Source of the DNA: Eledone cirrhosa
Lineage: Eukaryota
Direction of reading: 5' to 3'
NCBI GenBank assembly: GCA_964016885.1
Contig: OZ024744.1
Coordinates: 78,616,001 to 78,680,000, forward strand
Length of the DNA: 64,000 bases
The notes beneath the pieces are model-generated. The model had not been told where the DNA came from and did not search any database. It saw only the letters and a list, made by a program, of their open reading frames with translations. The position numbers and the translations under genes were made by a program. This document shows positions 34,384 through 46,150 of the stretch, in pieces. Numbering within the stretch: position 1 is the stretch's first letter; every line of letters begins with the position of its first letter.

Positions 34384-36036
34384 TATTGTAAACTTCCTTG
34401 GAGTCAATCCATCACTTGATGAAGTCAATCCTTCTGGGAACTACAAATGATGAATGTATGGAAGTATGTGTGGACCTGTAACTCCTGATGAAATCACTGG
34501 GGTGCCATAGTGACGCACAAGTACATTGTGGGCATTTTAAACTTGGTGGAGCCCATTCCCTCTCCAGGTCTGGACACAGCCAATTTCTTCCAGAGAAGGC
34601 GAGAGGGGGTGTTAAAAAGAGATCCAGAAGAAGAATTGACTCCAGTAATAGACTGGTACTTTTTTTATTGAACTCAAAAAGGATGAAAGGAAAAGTTGGC
34701 CTCGGCAAGATTTGAACTCAGAACACAGAGAGCCAGACAGAATACCCCAAATGGTTTATCCAATGTTCTAACAAATCTGCCAATTCGCCATCTTGATGAA
34801 AGTACACCAGTCATCAGAAGCAAATATGGATTAATAATTGTTTCTGCTTTAGGCACAAGGCCAGCAATTTAAAGGGGAGGAGAAAGTCGATTAAATGAAC
34901 CCCAGTGTATTACTGGTGCTTTATTTTATCGGCCTCATAAGGATGAAAGGCAAAGCTAACCTCAGCGGGATTTGAACTCAGAACGTAAAGGGCGGTAACT
35001 CTATGCTGCGAAGCATGGTTTCCGACACTCTACTGAAACTGCCAATCCAGTAGATTAATCCAGTTGATTAATAATATCAAAGAATGACCAGCCTGATCCT
35101 TTTCAAAGACGACACCGACCACAGTAGGTCAAATAGACAAGGCAACCATGGGCAAGGGGATTCACTATGACACTTGAGAAACCTTTCAATAGACTTTTAG
35201 CAGAAAAATAATATTATGCCATGTAGGCATAATATTAATAAGAAAGAATATATGTTATTGTTGTTGTTTGTTATAGTGAGAAATGTAATGTCTGTTAAGT
35301 GAGAGAGAGGCAAAGTTAACCATAAAGTGAATGTTTGTTGAAGTAGTTGTAGTTCATTGTAGGCTTTGTAGAAAATAATATTATGAGACTTTATAATATT
35401 TTACAAGCTTTATTTGCAACCGACCACAAATGTTAAGCTGGGTTGACAAGTCAAGGAAAAGAACAAATATAAATTACAGTTTTAAGGAGTAAAGAAAGGC
35501 GCTGTGCCAGGCCGAAGGAGGCCACAGGCCAAAGTGAAAATCTCATTGTTACATAATAGCGTGTTGTCCTTTCAGAGTCCAAAGCAGCAAGAGACTAGTT
35601 TTTACCAAAGAAGCGGGGAAAATCTTCTAGCTGGCAGAAGTTGATATATATCCATACATGGCTTACGATTGGTCTGACTTTAGCCAAATCACACCTGGAT
35701 TGATTATTGATTCATGCCATGCAAGTAGCTCTGCTACAGACTCGTGATAACTATTAATCTGCATTCTACATTTTGATTATGGTAAACATTTAGGGGTTCT
35801 TTTTAAGTTCTCAGTTCTTGCTTTCATTTGACATGAACATATAGCATACGAGTACCTCCTAAATAAGTTGTTTTTGAATGGGGAATTAATTTAACTAAGA
35901 GTAGCTATATATTGTAATGTCCACCAGCCAAGCTCACATCAGGTTCACTGCACATGTGTGAATAAGAGAATTTTAAGGCCATCACTATCAATAAAGCTTG
36001 AAATAAGAAAACAAAAATAACTCATCACATTTGATA

Positions 36037-36420
36037 TACAGTAGTCCCTCGGTATTTACAGAGGCTATGTTCCTAAAGCACCCAGGGAGAGTGAAAAATG
36101 GTGAATATTGCATGTGGTCCATAAAAATGCCTATAAACATCAAAAATATAATGTAAAATATAATTTAAAAAAAAGAGGGAGTGTCTTATGCAAAGGAGCG
36201 TCCAATAGGTCAGCAAATACGATATATTGTTATTAACAATTTAGTGTTAAAAAATATATTGCCATGAAAAAAGTCATAAAAAAAAATCCCGGATGATATT
36301 TACGATCCCGCGTATATGCGTATATGCGGTGGTTTCCGTGAACAATTATTGGTTAGGAAAATGGTGCGAATAACCAGGACTGTGAAAGTTGGGACTGCGA
36401 ACGCTGGGGGGTACACTGTA
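36037..36420 (+). mobile_element. Tc1/mariner (pogo/Tigger-like) MITE
   Basis: TA-cagtagtccctcggtatt ... gctggggggtacactg-TA. Confidence 0.75.
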
Positions 36421-36439
36421 TATATATATATATATATAT

Positions 36440-36842
36440 ATAAAATATTAAACAAATAATGAATAAACAATTCCTTATATTAAACAAAAAAAGTTCATTA
36501 TTTAACGATCGTTTCTAGGATATATATGTGTTAGAATTGGCATGCATATTCAACAGATCTATGTACAAAATTATACAAAATTATACAAACTATCAAGATT
36601 AAATATACATACCAACACATATATACGCCGTCTTCAGAAATAATCTGAAGACGGCGTATATATGTGTTGGTATGTATATTTAATCTTGATAGTTTGTATA
36701 ATTTTGTATAATTTTGTACATAGATCTGTTGAATATGCATGCCAATTCTAACACATATATATCCTAGAAACGATCGTTAAATAATGAACTTTTTTTGTTT
36801 AATATAAGGAATTGTTTATTCATTATTTGTTTAATATTTTAT
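36440..36842. repeat. Perfect palindrome: two 199-bp arms, 5-nt loop (aataa, 36639-36643)
   Basis: Arms read as exact reverse complements by eye, e.g. tatatacgccgtcttcaga / tctgaagacggcgtatata. Confidence 0.95.
36497..36644 (-). ncRNA. Type I hammerhead ribozyme fold with long stem II (Penelope-like)
   Basis: Minus strand: ATTATTT-CTGAAGA-[tatatatgtgtt...aacacatatata stem II]-GAAA-C-GATC-G-TT-AAATAAT. It has a 7-bp stem I, a palindromic stem III (AACGATCGTT) and a GUU triplet; the base of stem II is imperfect. Confidence 0.62.
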
Positions 36843-37352
36843 CTTGACTCTGTATACCGTTTATCTTTCACCGAAAGTGATTTTTCATTACATCTCTTCT
36901 TTCCATGATATCCGGAATACATTGAGTTCTTCATACGGATTGGACACTACCGTAAACTCTTGGTAGATTTATCTACATATATATATATATATATATCATT
37001 ATCAATACATTAACATCAGTATGAGTGGCTTGTTACGACTGGTTTGAACAGAAAGAAGTGAGAGAGCTGGGGGTACACTGTATATATATATATATCATCA
37101 TTATCAATACATTAACATCAGTATGAGTGGCTTGTTACGACCGGTTTGAACAGAAAGAAGTGAGAGAATTTGGGCTGGATATGATTGGTTTAAATGCTGA
37201 AGGGTTAAACCCACTGTCATACCCGCTCACAAAAACATTGTGGCTACAAAAATGGATCCAGAAGTATCTTTTCTTTGTCAATGACCTGAAGTTGTATGGG
37301 CCAAATATTAGCCATGTCAAAAAGCAATTGGACATCATTATTCAATTTTAAA

Positions 37353-37537
37353 GGGCGGTGAATTGGTAGTATCGGTAGAGGGTCGGACGCCATGCTTTCC
37401 AGCATAGTTACGTCCCTTTACGATCTGAGTTCAAATCCCGCCGAGGTTGACTTTGCCTTTCATCCTTATGGGGTCGATAAAATAAAGTACCAGTAAGGGT
37501 AATTGCTGGCCTTGTGCCTAAAGTAGAAACAATTATT
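37353..37537 (+). mobile_element. tRNA-head SINE family A, full length, TSD attattcaattttaa
   Basis: A-box tggtagtatcgg, B-box gagttcaaatc, 15-bp direct flanks. Confidence 0.92.
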
Positions 37538-38056
37538 CAATTTTAATATTTGGTGAGTCCAAATGCACATTTTTGACAATAAAACACGGAAAAGTTGTGC
37601 CCTCCTCTGAAAACTTAAAAATGAATGGCTTGACGATACAACCTCTACAATCAAGTGAGAATTATAGGTAGTTTGGGAATGTCAGATATAATGGACTCAT
37701 AAATATGGAGAGTAAAGAGAATATGGTCATCAGAATTCTCAGTTTACAACAAACACATTGTGCATAATACTTTTGCTGTACCCATCCTAACACCAACATT
37801 TAGCCTGCAAGAACTGAATAAGATGGATATAAGGATTTGCAAGCTGTGCAGTGTTACTGAAAACTTTTACATCAATGGTGTTGTGGATAGGTTATATTTC
37901 TCACACAAGGAGGGTGGCTGAAGCTTAAAAATTCCATATTAACATCACACGAGACCTGGATAATAACACTGAAGCAACATATTCAACAGAAGAAAAGGGA
38001 CAGCAGACATCCTACCCTGGTTTATGAGCATGAAAATAACAGCATTATTAGGATAG

Positions 38057-38246
38057 TGCGGTGAATTGGCAGTATCAGTAGAGGGTTGGACGCCATTTTT
38101 TCTAGCATAGTTATGTCCCTTTGCAGTTTGAGTTCAAATCCCGTCGAAGTTAACTTTGCCTTTCGTCCTTACGGGGTCGATAAAATAAAGTACCAGTAAT
38201 GTACTGGGTAATTGCTGGTCTTGTGCCAAAAGTAGAAACAATTATT
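38057..38246 (+). mobile_element. tRNA-head SINE family A, TSD attattaggatagt
   Basis: Family match plus 14-bp direct flanks. Confidence 0.92.
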
Positions 38247-39021
38247 AGGATAGTCACTGAGCTAGAGGAGTGACATGAAATAAAAGCTAACACAAATCTC
38301 TCTCAGGAACATTGGAACTACTTAATACTTGAATAAAATAAAAAAGAACCAATTCACTGAGAAGGTTGTACATGAGTACTTGAGATGAAAAACACAGACA
38401 ATAGAGGGGAGAAACCATACTAAAACCCTGACATAGAGTTCCAACAAGTTTATAACATTCAACCTTGAAGGATACCGTCCAGCAATCCAGGAACAAGAAA
38501 TCCCCACCAAGTACGTACTGAACAAAGAGAAAAGTCATCAGTTGACAATAAATGACCGAAGATATTGTCCATATTATTGTCAACTGTAGAAAACTGTCTT
38601 CTCATTACAATTTGGAATGATTTACAGAAAAAAAAAAAAAATTATATCTAAAACCTGTCTCAATCCCTGGGGCTAATTAAGCTGGTGCTTAATCTGGTTT
38701 CCTTGGCATTGAGGATGCTGGTCCATTATAGGGTTAATCCCTGGTAACTACCGGAGCAACGTGAAATGAAGTGTTTTACTCAAGAACACAACACAACCCG
38801 GTCCAGGAATTGAACCTACAACATTAAGATCATAAGTCCCACTAGGCCATGTGTCAACAAATAAAGAGTTTAGCTGAGGATTAATTATGATAATAATATT
38901 TGTATCAACAGGGGTCACCAATATAGCAGACATTTAATAGTCGCCAGTTTAGCAGAAAAATAATATTATGCCATGTAATAATAATATCAATGACAACGAT
39001 AATAATAATGATGTATTTTGT

Positions 39022-39529
39022 TGTAGCAGGAAAGGTATGGTTTGGTTATAACAATAAATGTAACGGTTTTGTTATATGGCAATGTTAGTTGAATTGAGGT
39101 TCGGCTGTAAGTCTCAGGTTCTGTTGCTGCAGTGATAATAACTCTGGAAAGGATCTTTCCATATCACAGCAATGGCTGTGGTAATAGTATCACAAGACAT
39201 ATTTTATTTACAAACCAATTACAAAGGTTGAGCTGGCATGCCAAACAAAGGAAATAAACAAATTAAGAGTTTAGAAAGTACGGTCTACTGGCTGAGGTTA
39301 TGTTGTTGTCGTTACATATTGGCTAGTGGTCCAACGGCAACAGAAAAATAGTGTTTACATTTCCACGATTGAAGCTGCAAGAGACAGTGTATCGAAAGAA
39401 AGTGGGAAAATCTCTGTTTAGGCGGAAGTTGAAAATATGTATGCGTGCGCGGCTCACGATTGGCCTGACTTAGTCAAATCACGCACGAATAGCCTATCAA
39501 TGCACCAAAGGAGAAAGTAGCTTGCTACA
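39022..39529. mobile_element. LTR-like element; diverged second copy ends at 35738
   Basis: TGTAGCA...TGCTACA inverted ends; internal blocks are shared with about 35340-35738. No clear TSD. Confidence 0.5.
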
Positions 39530-39857
39530 GAGTATTTAAACACAATGAAATTATTATTATTGCTTACCTAAAATAAGGTAGAAAGGGATTATCCTGGCTG
39601 GAATGTCTTTGATTGTATGTCTGATTAGAAATTACTGGGCAGTTTCTATTTTGAATGCAGATATAGAGACTCTCATTGTATTATGAATGGTAATGTATAT
39701 ATAAAGTCAATTTATATGATAAATGAAAATTAATGAGAGAAAAAGAAACAGATCTGATCTGTCAACATTTAAAACATACCAGATAATGAATAATGTTAAT
39801 AAACACAACTATGCTGGCTTTGAACGAGTCATATACCATTGAACTATATTTTATTAT

Positions 39858-42336
39858 TGTTGTGACTGTTCTTCATTCTGATTCAACATTTTATACATTA
39901 TTCTACTTTCCCTCTACACCTGTTTGTATCACGTGTGCATGACTAATCCTTTTTCATACATTCCCTTGTCTTAACATTAAGCATTACCTGACTCCCCTTT
40001 TGTCTGTTTTTGTACTCAACCAATCATCACGTGCATGAGTCATACCCATTTTAACACCTGTATAAATTGGTGTGTTTTGTTGTAATAAAGGTCTTCTTCC
40101 TTGTGAAGTTGCTAAACGGCTGTTGTCTCGCTGAGTGGATTTTAAACTGTTCCAAAACACTACATTTTGGCGTCGCGATTTTTCAAACAAAATGAAAAAC
40201 ATGTCATCAGGGAGCCAAAATTTCCTCCACCTGATTTCTGACAAGTTAAAATTACATGTAAAGACGCTCAAGCGAATATCAAAATGGAGGTTGATAAAGC
40301 ATCTGCGGCAACGATTATTCCGTTTGGTTTTTATCGCACCCACTTCAATTCTTTATCAATTGTTTCAACTAAGCACAAGTTTTCAAATTATTCCGGTCAA
40401 CGCGTACAGATCAAGGGGTTCATCGTTTGCAGACTAGATGTTGAAGGTGCTTCTGCCTCAAATATTCATGTCTACATCGGTCCAGAAAATATCAAACCAC
40501 TGCTGGGTAGAAATGCAATAATTCATCTTCATTTAACTTCATGGCTCGATAACACAATTTGCTCAATAGACTGTCGACAATTTCAAAACAATTTCCACTG
40601 CTGTTCAGTCCAGGTATTGGCCGTATACCAAAAGCTCAACACCTTATTCAGTTTAAACCTAATGCGAAGCCAGTTGCAATATCTCAACCACGTCTATTTG
40701 CATTGGCTAAGGTGGATGCTGTTAAACAGGCATTGTCCGAAATGGTAGAGGCTGATCTAATTGAAGAAATTGATCGCAGCGAATGGGTGCATCCAATGGT
40801 AGCAGTGATGAAAAAAGACGGTCGAATGCGCATATGTTGTGATCTGCGGCAACTAAACAAGCAAATCATCGTCGATAAATTTGTGATACCGTCATTTGAT
40901 GAACTGTTAGTTAAGCTGGCAGGGGCAAAGTGTTTCTCAGTCCTCGATATAACTAAAGCATATTTCCATCTCGAGCTGTCCGATGATTCAAAGTGTCTTA
41001 CGGCATTTCTTACACCAGTGGGCCTCTTCCAATACAAAGTACTTCCCATGGGTTTGAGCTCAGCACCGGCAGCGTGGCAGAAATTCATTTCTCATGCGCT
41101 TCAAAGTATCAACGGCGTCATAGTTTACATGGATGACATTTGTGTTTTTGGAAGCAATGAATTAACTCACAACTCGACACTTGATAAGGTTCTCACTCAA
41201 CTTGAATCATTAAATCTTCGAATAAATTTAGATAAATGTATATTAAATTCATCCGAAATACCGTTCCTAGGCCACATCATCTCAGCCAATGGAGCTAAAC
41301 CAAGCAAAGAGAACACAATGGCTATTTAGAATGCACCAATTCCACAAAAGGCACAAGTTCGTCAAATTTTGGGTCTTTGTTCTTACACAGAACCAATGCG
41401 TCACCTAACAAAGAAAGATATGACCCTTGAATGGACAAGTGAGCAAGACGAAAGTTTTCAAGCAGTTGAGAATCTGTTAGTCTCAGCACCAGTTCTTTCC
41501 GTATTTGATATAAACAGTTTCTGCAAGAGCATTCTATCAGGCATTCACGAACCGTGACTTACAATCCACAGGCAAATGGGCTGGTAGAAAGATTCAATCG
41601 CTCCATCAAAGACAAAATCCAGACTGCACAGATAGATGGTAAGCCGTGGGCTGATGCCGTTCTCAGTGCTTCTACGACTTTGCGTCAGACCGTGCACGGA
41701 GCAACGGGAAGGACACCAGCAGAGCTGTTTCTTGGCAGGCCGGTGAGAACAAAGCTCAATTCAACCATTCCGACAGCTGCAGTATCGCGTGATTATGAAA
41801 TGAAAATTCGCCAATATCAAGATAATTACTGCGTCGCAGTAGCAACAAGGAAGGTTGGCGACTATGTTCGAACAAAATTTCTCTCATCAAAGAAAGGAGA
41901 GCAGCGTTTTTCAAAGCCACTCAGAATCGTAAGAAAAGTTGGTGAAGCAACATTTGAACTTGAAGATGGACGCAAATGCAACGCTCGAAATTTATTCACT
42001 GCTGACAAGCCTAAAAAGTGAGAGGAAGATGTTGTGACTGTTCTTCGTTCTGATTCAACATTTTATACATTATTCTACTTTCCCTCTACACCTGTTTGTA
42101 TCACGTGTGCATGACTAATAATTTTTCATACATTCCCTTGTCTTAACGTTAAGCATTACCTGACTCCCCTTTTGTCTGTTTTTGTACTCAACCAATCATC
42201 ACGTGCATGAGTCATACCCATTTTAACACCTGTATAAATTGGTGTGTTTTGTTGTAATAAAGGTCTTCTTCCTTGTGAAGTTGCTAAACAGTTGTTGTCT
42301 CACTGAGTGAATTTTAAACTGTTCCAAAACACTACA
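39858..42336 (+). mobile_element. Internally deleted Gypsy/Ty3 (Mag-like) LTR retrotransposon, 2479 bp
   Basis: 307-bp TG..CA LTRs at 39858-40164 and 42030-42336 (about 8 differences counted by eye). 5-bp TSD ATTAT, PBS tggcgtcgcga, PPT aaaaagtgagaggaaga, and pol remnants inside. Confidence 0.96.
40284..42021 (+). pseudogene. pol: Disrupted pol: protease (40284-40560), RT (40559-41329), short RT-RNase H linker, integrase C-terminal part (41554-42021)
   Basis: MEVDKA...LLGRN (retropepsin, D-T/S-G altered); EWVHPMVAVMKKDGRMRICCDLRQLN, LPMGL, YMDD; YNPQANGLVERFNRSIK...HGATGRTPAELFLGR. Frameshift and stop are present. Confidence 0.92.
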
Positions 42337-43397
42337 ATTATGAATAAGAATCACTTTCTACATTCTTTTGAAAACTACATAGAAACTCTATAGTGGTTTA
42401 TGGTTGCGCGTTCGTATCACATTGTGGGTTACCAATATAGGGTTTTTATTTGACCACTATAGAAAATGAATGGTTTGGCTATTTTACTACTTTATTTACT
42501 CCAATTTAGAAATAGTATCAGAAGGTGTTAGGCTGTGTTTAATGTCAATTGGATTGGAACAACAAGATCTAGTCATAACAGTATGAACACAAAATATGTA
42601 TTTATTGAAGAATATATTTTTCAATCGTGTTTGTGAATGTGAACAAGAAGAATACATTTGAACTTGTTAAGACTACAAGGGTGTTTGTGGATAATACAAT
42701 GAAACCTCTACTGGTTGTCAAGACATTATGGATGTCTAATATCCAGTTGGTAGATTAAACATAGCACTCTCTGGTTAGCCATATTTCGTGCCACGTGTCG
42801 CATGCTGAGGACAGCAAATTATTACGTGTTTCTGGTCTGAAACTATCTGCTCTATCTGGTCTGAAACTATCTGCACAATGCATTACTCATCCGATAGATA
42901 GCTGTATCGGATCGTTGACTGGCTAATATTTAGGTGAGGTGAGTTAGTGCAACAGGGATCAATGCGTGTAAATTGACCGATTTAACTGTTCACTACAACT
43001 CTTTGGTACTATTTGTTCCAATGCAGAAACTACCAGTTTGAGAGAAAAGACATCTTGAAGTTGATCATTAAAAAACTATGAAGATTGGAGATAGAATATA
43101 TTGTCAAAGACCAACCAACGATAAACAAGATCCTTCCGTACATTGGGGCCATGAAAAGATTCAACAACAGAAATATTTAGCTGCTTTATAGCTGCCCTTG
43201 TTATTCACTTTATTTAAAAATCATATTTATGCATCTTTTGCTTCCTCTGCGCCTTCCCTCTTTTTATCTGTAAAGAGTGCTAGATATCTCCCCTAGTCTG
43301 TCATGAATTGCTAGCTCTATACGGACGTTTAAATTGAACAAATAAGTAAATAAATAATGTACACACACTTACATGCTACTGGAACAAATGCTGATAG

Positions 43398-43580
43398 CAA
43401 TGTTTCCAAAACCTTTTCAAACGCGGAACCCTTTATGGTTCAGAAACTTTTGGGAGAAGCCCAAAATCTAATACTGTTACATGGTCATAATATAAATATA
43501 CTCTTCTACTTTTTTCATGGAACCCCAGACACTCCTTTGCGGAATCCTTGAGTCCCTTAGAACCCACTTTGGGAACCACT
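43398..43580. mobile_element. hAT-like MITE
   Basis: caatgtttccaaaac ... ctttgggaaccactg termini resemble CAGTGGTTCCCAAA-type TIRs; TSD unclear. Confidence 0.5.
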
Positions 43581-43879
43581 GCTCTGTAAAATACTGTGTA
43601 ACACAACACCATCACAAACAACACCTGGTACTCCAGTAAAGTGAATTGTAAATAATAACAAAAACCTCATTGGCAGCAGTCCAGCTCCCTCAAACATTTT
43701 GAACATCACAGACTGAAAAATGTATTTTACCGATAAAACATGTTAATTCAGAAGATTATCCCATTTGGCTATCTCTATTAGTGACTCTTAGCTTTCATCA
43801 CAGCATCTAGGATGTGGGAAGGAGGAAAAGAGTCATTGACAAGGGCTTCCTATCGAGTCAGACGAATACAGATAGTTAT

Positions 43880-44610
43880 AGGATTAAGGTGGTTTTGCCT
43901 CTGGCTAAAACCCGTTATCAAATCCCACTGTGGTCAACTTTGTCTTTCATTTTTATAGTGTTGATAAAATTAAGTACCTGTAATACACTGAGGTTGTTTT
44001 AATCGACTTTCCTCTTCCCTTAAAATTACTGACCTTTTGCCAGAAGTAGAAATAATTGTTAGCAGCATTGGAGAACATGCTTTGTGGCATATAGTTATGG
44101 CCTTTTATGTTCTGAGTTCAAATCCCACCATCCTTAAAGAGTCAATAAAATAAAGTACCTGTAATTGTGGTTGATTTAACTGACTCTCTCCTTCCTTTTA
44201 AAATGCTGGTCTTGTGCTAAAAGAAGAAACAGACATGTTTTGCAGCATATAGTTTCAGCCTTTTACTCTCTAAGTTCAAATCCTGCCGAGGTTAACTTTG
44301 CCTTTCCTCTTAATGGAGTCAATAAAATAAAGTACCAGTAATGCGCTAGGATCAATTTAACCTACTTTTCCCTACATTGCAAAATTGCTGGCCTTGTGCC
44401 AGATGTAGAAACAATTATTAGGTTCAACCAGAGGATGGTGGATAGGCAGATTCGTTAGATCGTTGGACAAAATGCTTTGTAGCATATAGTTAATACCCTT
44501 TACTTTCTGAGTTCAAAACCTGCCAAGGTCAACTTTCCCTTTCCTCGTGATGATAAAGTAAAGTACTGGTGTTGGTATAATTGACTTTCCTCCAAGTTGT
44601 AGGTCTTATG
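43880..44610 (+). mobile_element. Tandem cluster of about four older family A SINEs
   Basis: Repeated gttcaaatcc...ctttgcctttc...ataaaataaagtacc...gtagaaacaatt modules. Confidence 0.8.
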
Positions 44611-45559
44611 CAACTGTTATAGATAATTGCATCGATTCCTAAGGTTTTGTATATGTTAAATGTTTGGTCTATGTCAGACTCTCTCTAGAGTCCCATGACC
44701 ACATGACCAGGCTGCATTGCTCAAATGATTTGGTGACCCATGTCTACATAAATGCATATCACTGTTTCTATCTAGTTTTCTTCCATCCATGCTTGGTCTC
44801 TTTTGGTGGATAACATCCTTTCTTTTTCAATATAGACTAGATGTCACAGTTAATGACTCTTTTATTCCTTCTTACATCCTCATCGTTGTCGTTGTTTAAC
44901 ATCTATCTTCCACGCTAGCATGGGTTAAATGGTCCTGGATGCTTTTGCACAGGTGAGGGTATCTGCATTCATAGCTGAATGGAATAAAATTCTTATATAC
45001 CCAAAATTATCGGTAAACTTTATTTTTGAGCCAGTGACATTCAAGACATTTTGGAGAGCTGGGCTGCAGACAATGAAGTCAATGAAGTTCTTGTCATTTT
45101 ATTTATCAACCTTCAAAGGAGGAAATCAATGAGAATTATTGAATCCAAATGCAGAGAACCAAAACAAATACTACAAAGCATTCTTATGTTCTAAAATACT
45201 TTGCCAGTTCATTAACTACTGATTAGAAATATCGGCATGAAAACGTCAACCCAATAATTCTGAGTTTGACAAACCAATGATAGTAATTTTACCTCTATCT
45301 TTTTCTCTTTCTCTCTTTATGAAGTGTGTGTCTATGTGTGTGTGTGTGTGTGCAGGGGGGGGGGGTCTTAGAGATGTCCATCCTTTTAATCACCTGAGTG
45401 CATAACGAGAGGCAATTAGATTGACTATACCTGCTTGTTCCTGTTGAAAATCCTTATATTTTCTTACTTTCTGGGTGTCAAGTATCAGTTGGGTTCTAGA
45501 ATTGTTTGTTCCCTCTCACAAAATGTGTGGTCATGTGCTGATGTTTTAAATCCTGATTA

Positions 45560-46150
45560 AGAAGTGGTAATGCTGGTGACATGATAAGATGCATGCAGCC
45601 CACACTATAAAGGGGTAGTGCTGGTGTTATGATAAAATGTACAGAATCCACCTTTTGAGGCAGTAGTGTTGTTGTCATGATAAAACATTCAGCCCACTCT
45701 GATATTGCTGGTGCCACAATAAAATACACTCAGCCCTGTTTGCAAAGCAGTACTGTTGGTACCACAATAAAATGTACCCAGCGCACTCTGTAAAATGATA
45801 GGGATGGTGCTATGAAAAAAAGCATGCAATCCATTTTGTAAAGTGAGAGTGTTGGTGCCACAATAAAATGTACACACCCCACCCTGTAAAGTGGTAGTTC
45901 TGGTGTCACAATAAAATGCAGCCAGCCTATATAGTGATAGGGCTGATATGACAATAAACTGCACACAGCTCACATTATAAAGTGCTGGTGCCATGATAAA
46001 ATATGCCTAGCCCACACTGTGAAAAGCCAGTGCTGGTTTCACAATAAAATACACCTTGCCCACACTTTAAGGTGATAGGTCTGGTGCCAAAATAAAAAGC
46101 ACCCAGTCCAACATGTAAAATGGTGATGTTGGTGCCACAATAAAAAGACT
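45560..46150. repeat. Degenerate ~48-bp minisatellite related to the SINE B internal unit
   Basis: Repeats of gctggtgccacaataaaatacacccagcccacactgtaaagtggtagt. Confidence 0.8.

Larger units (their letters stand above)
37255..38610 (+). mobile_element. R4/Dong-clade non-LTR retrotransposon relic interrupted by two SINEs
   Basis: Ordered motifs YLFFVNDLKLY (cf. HLLFMDDLKLY), NTFAVPILT, DRLYFSHKEGG, AIQEQEIPTKY and EDIVHIIVNC. Confidence 0.72.
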
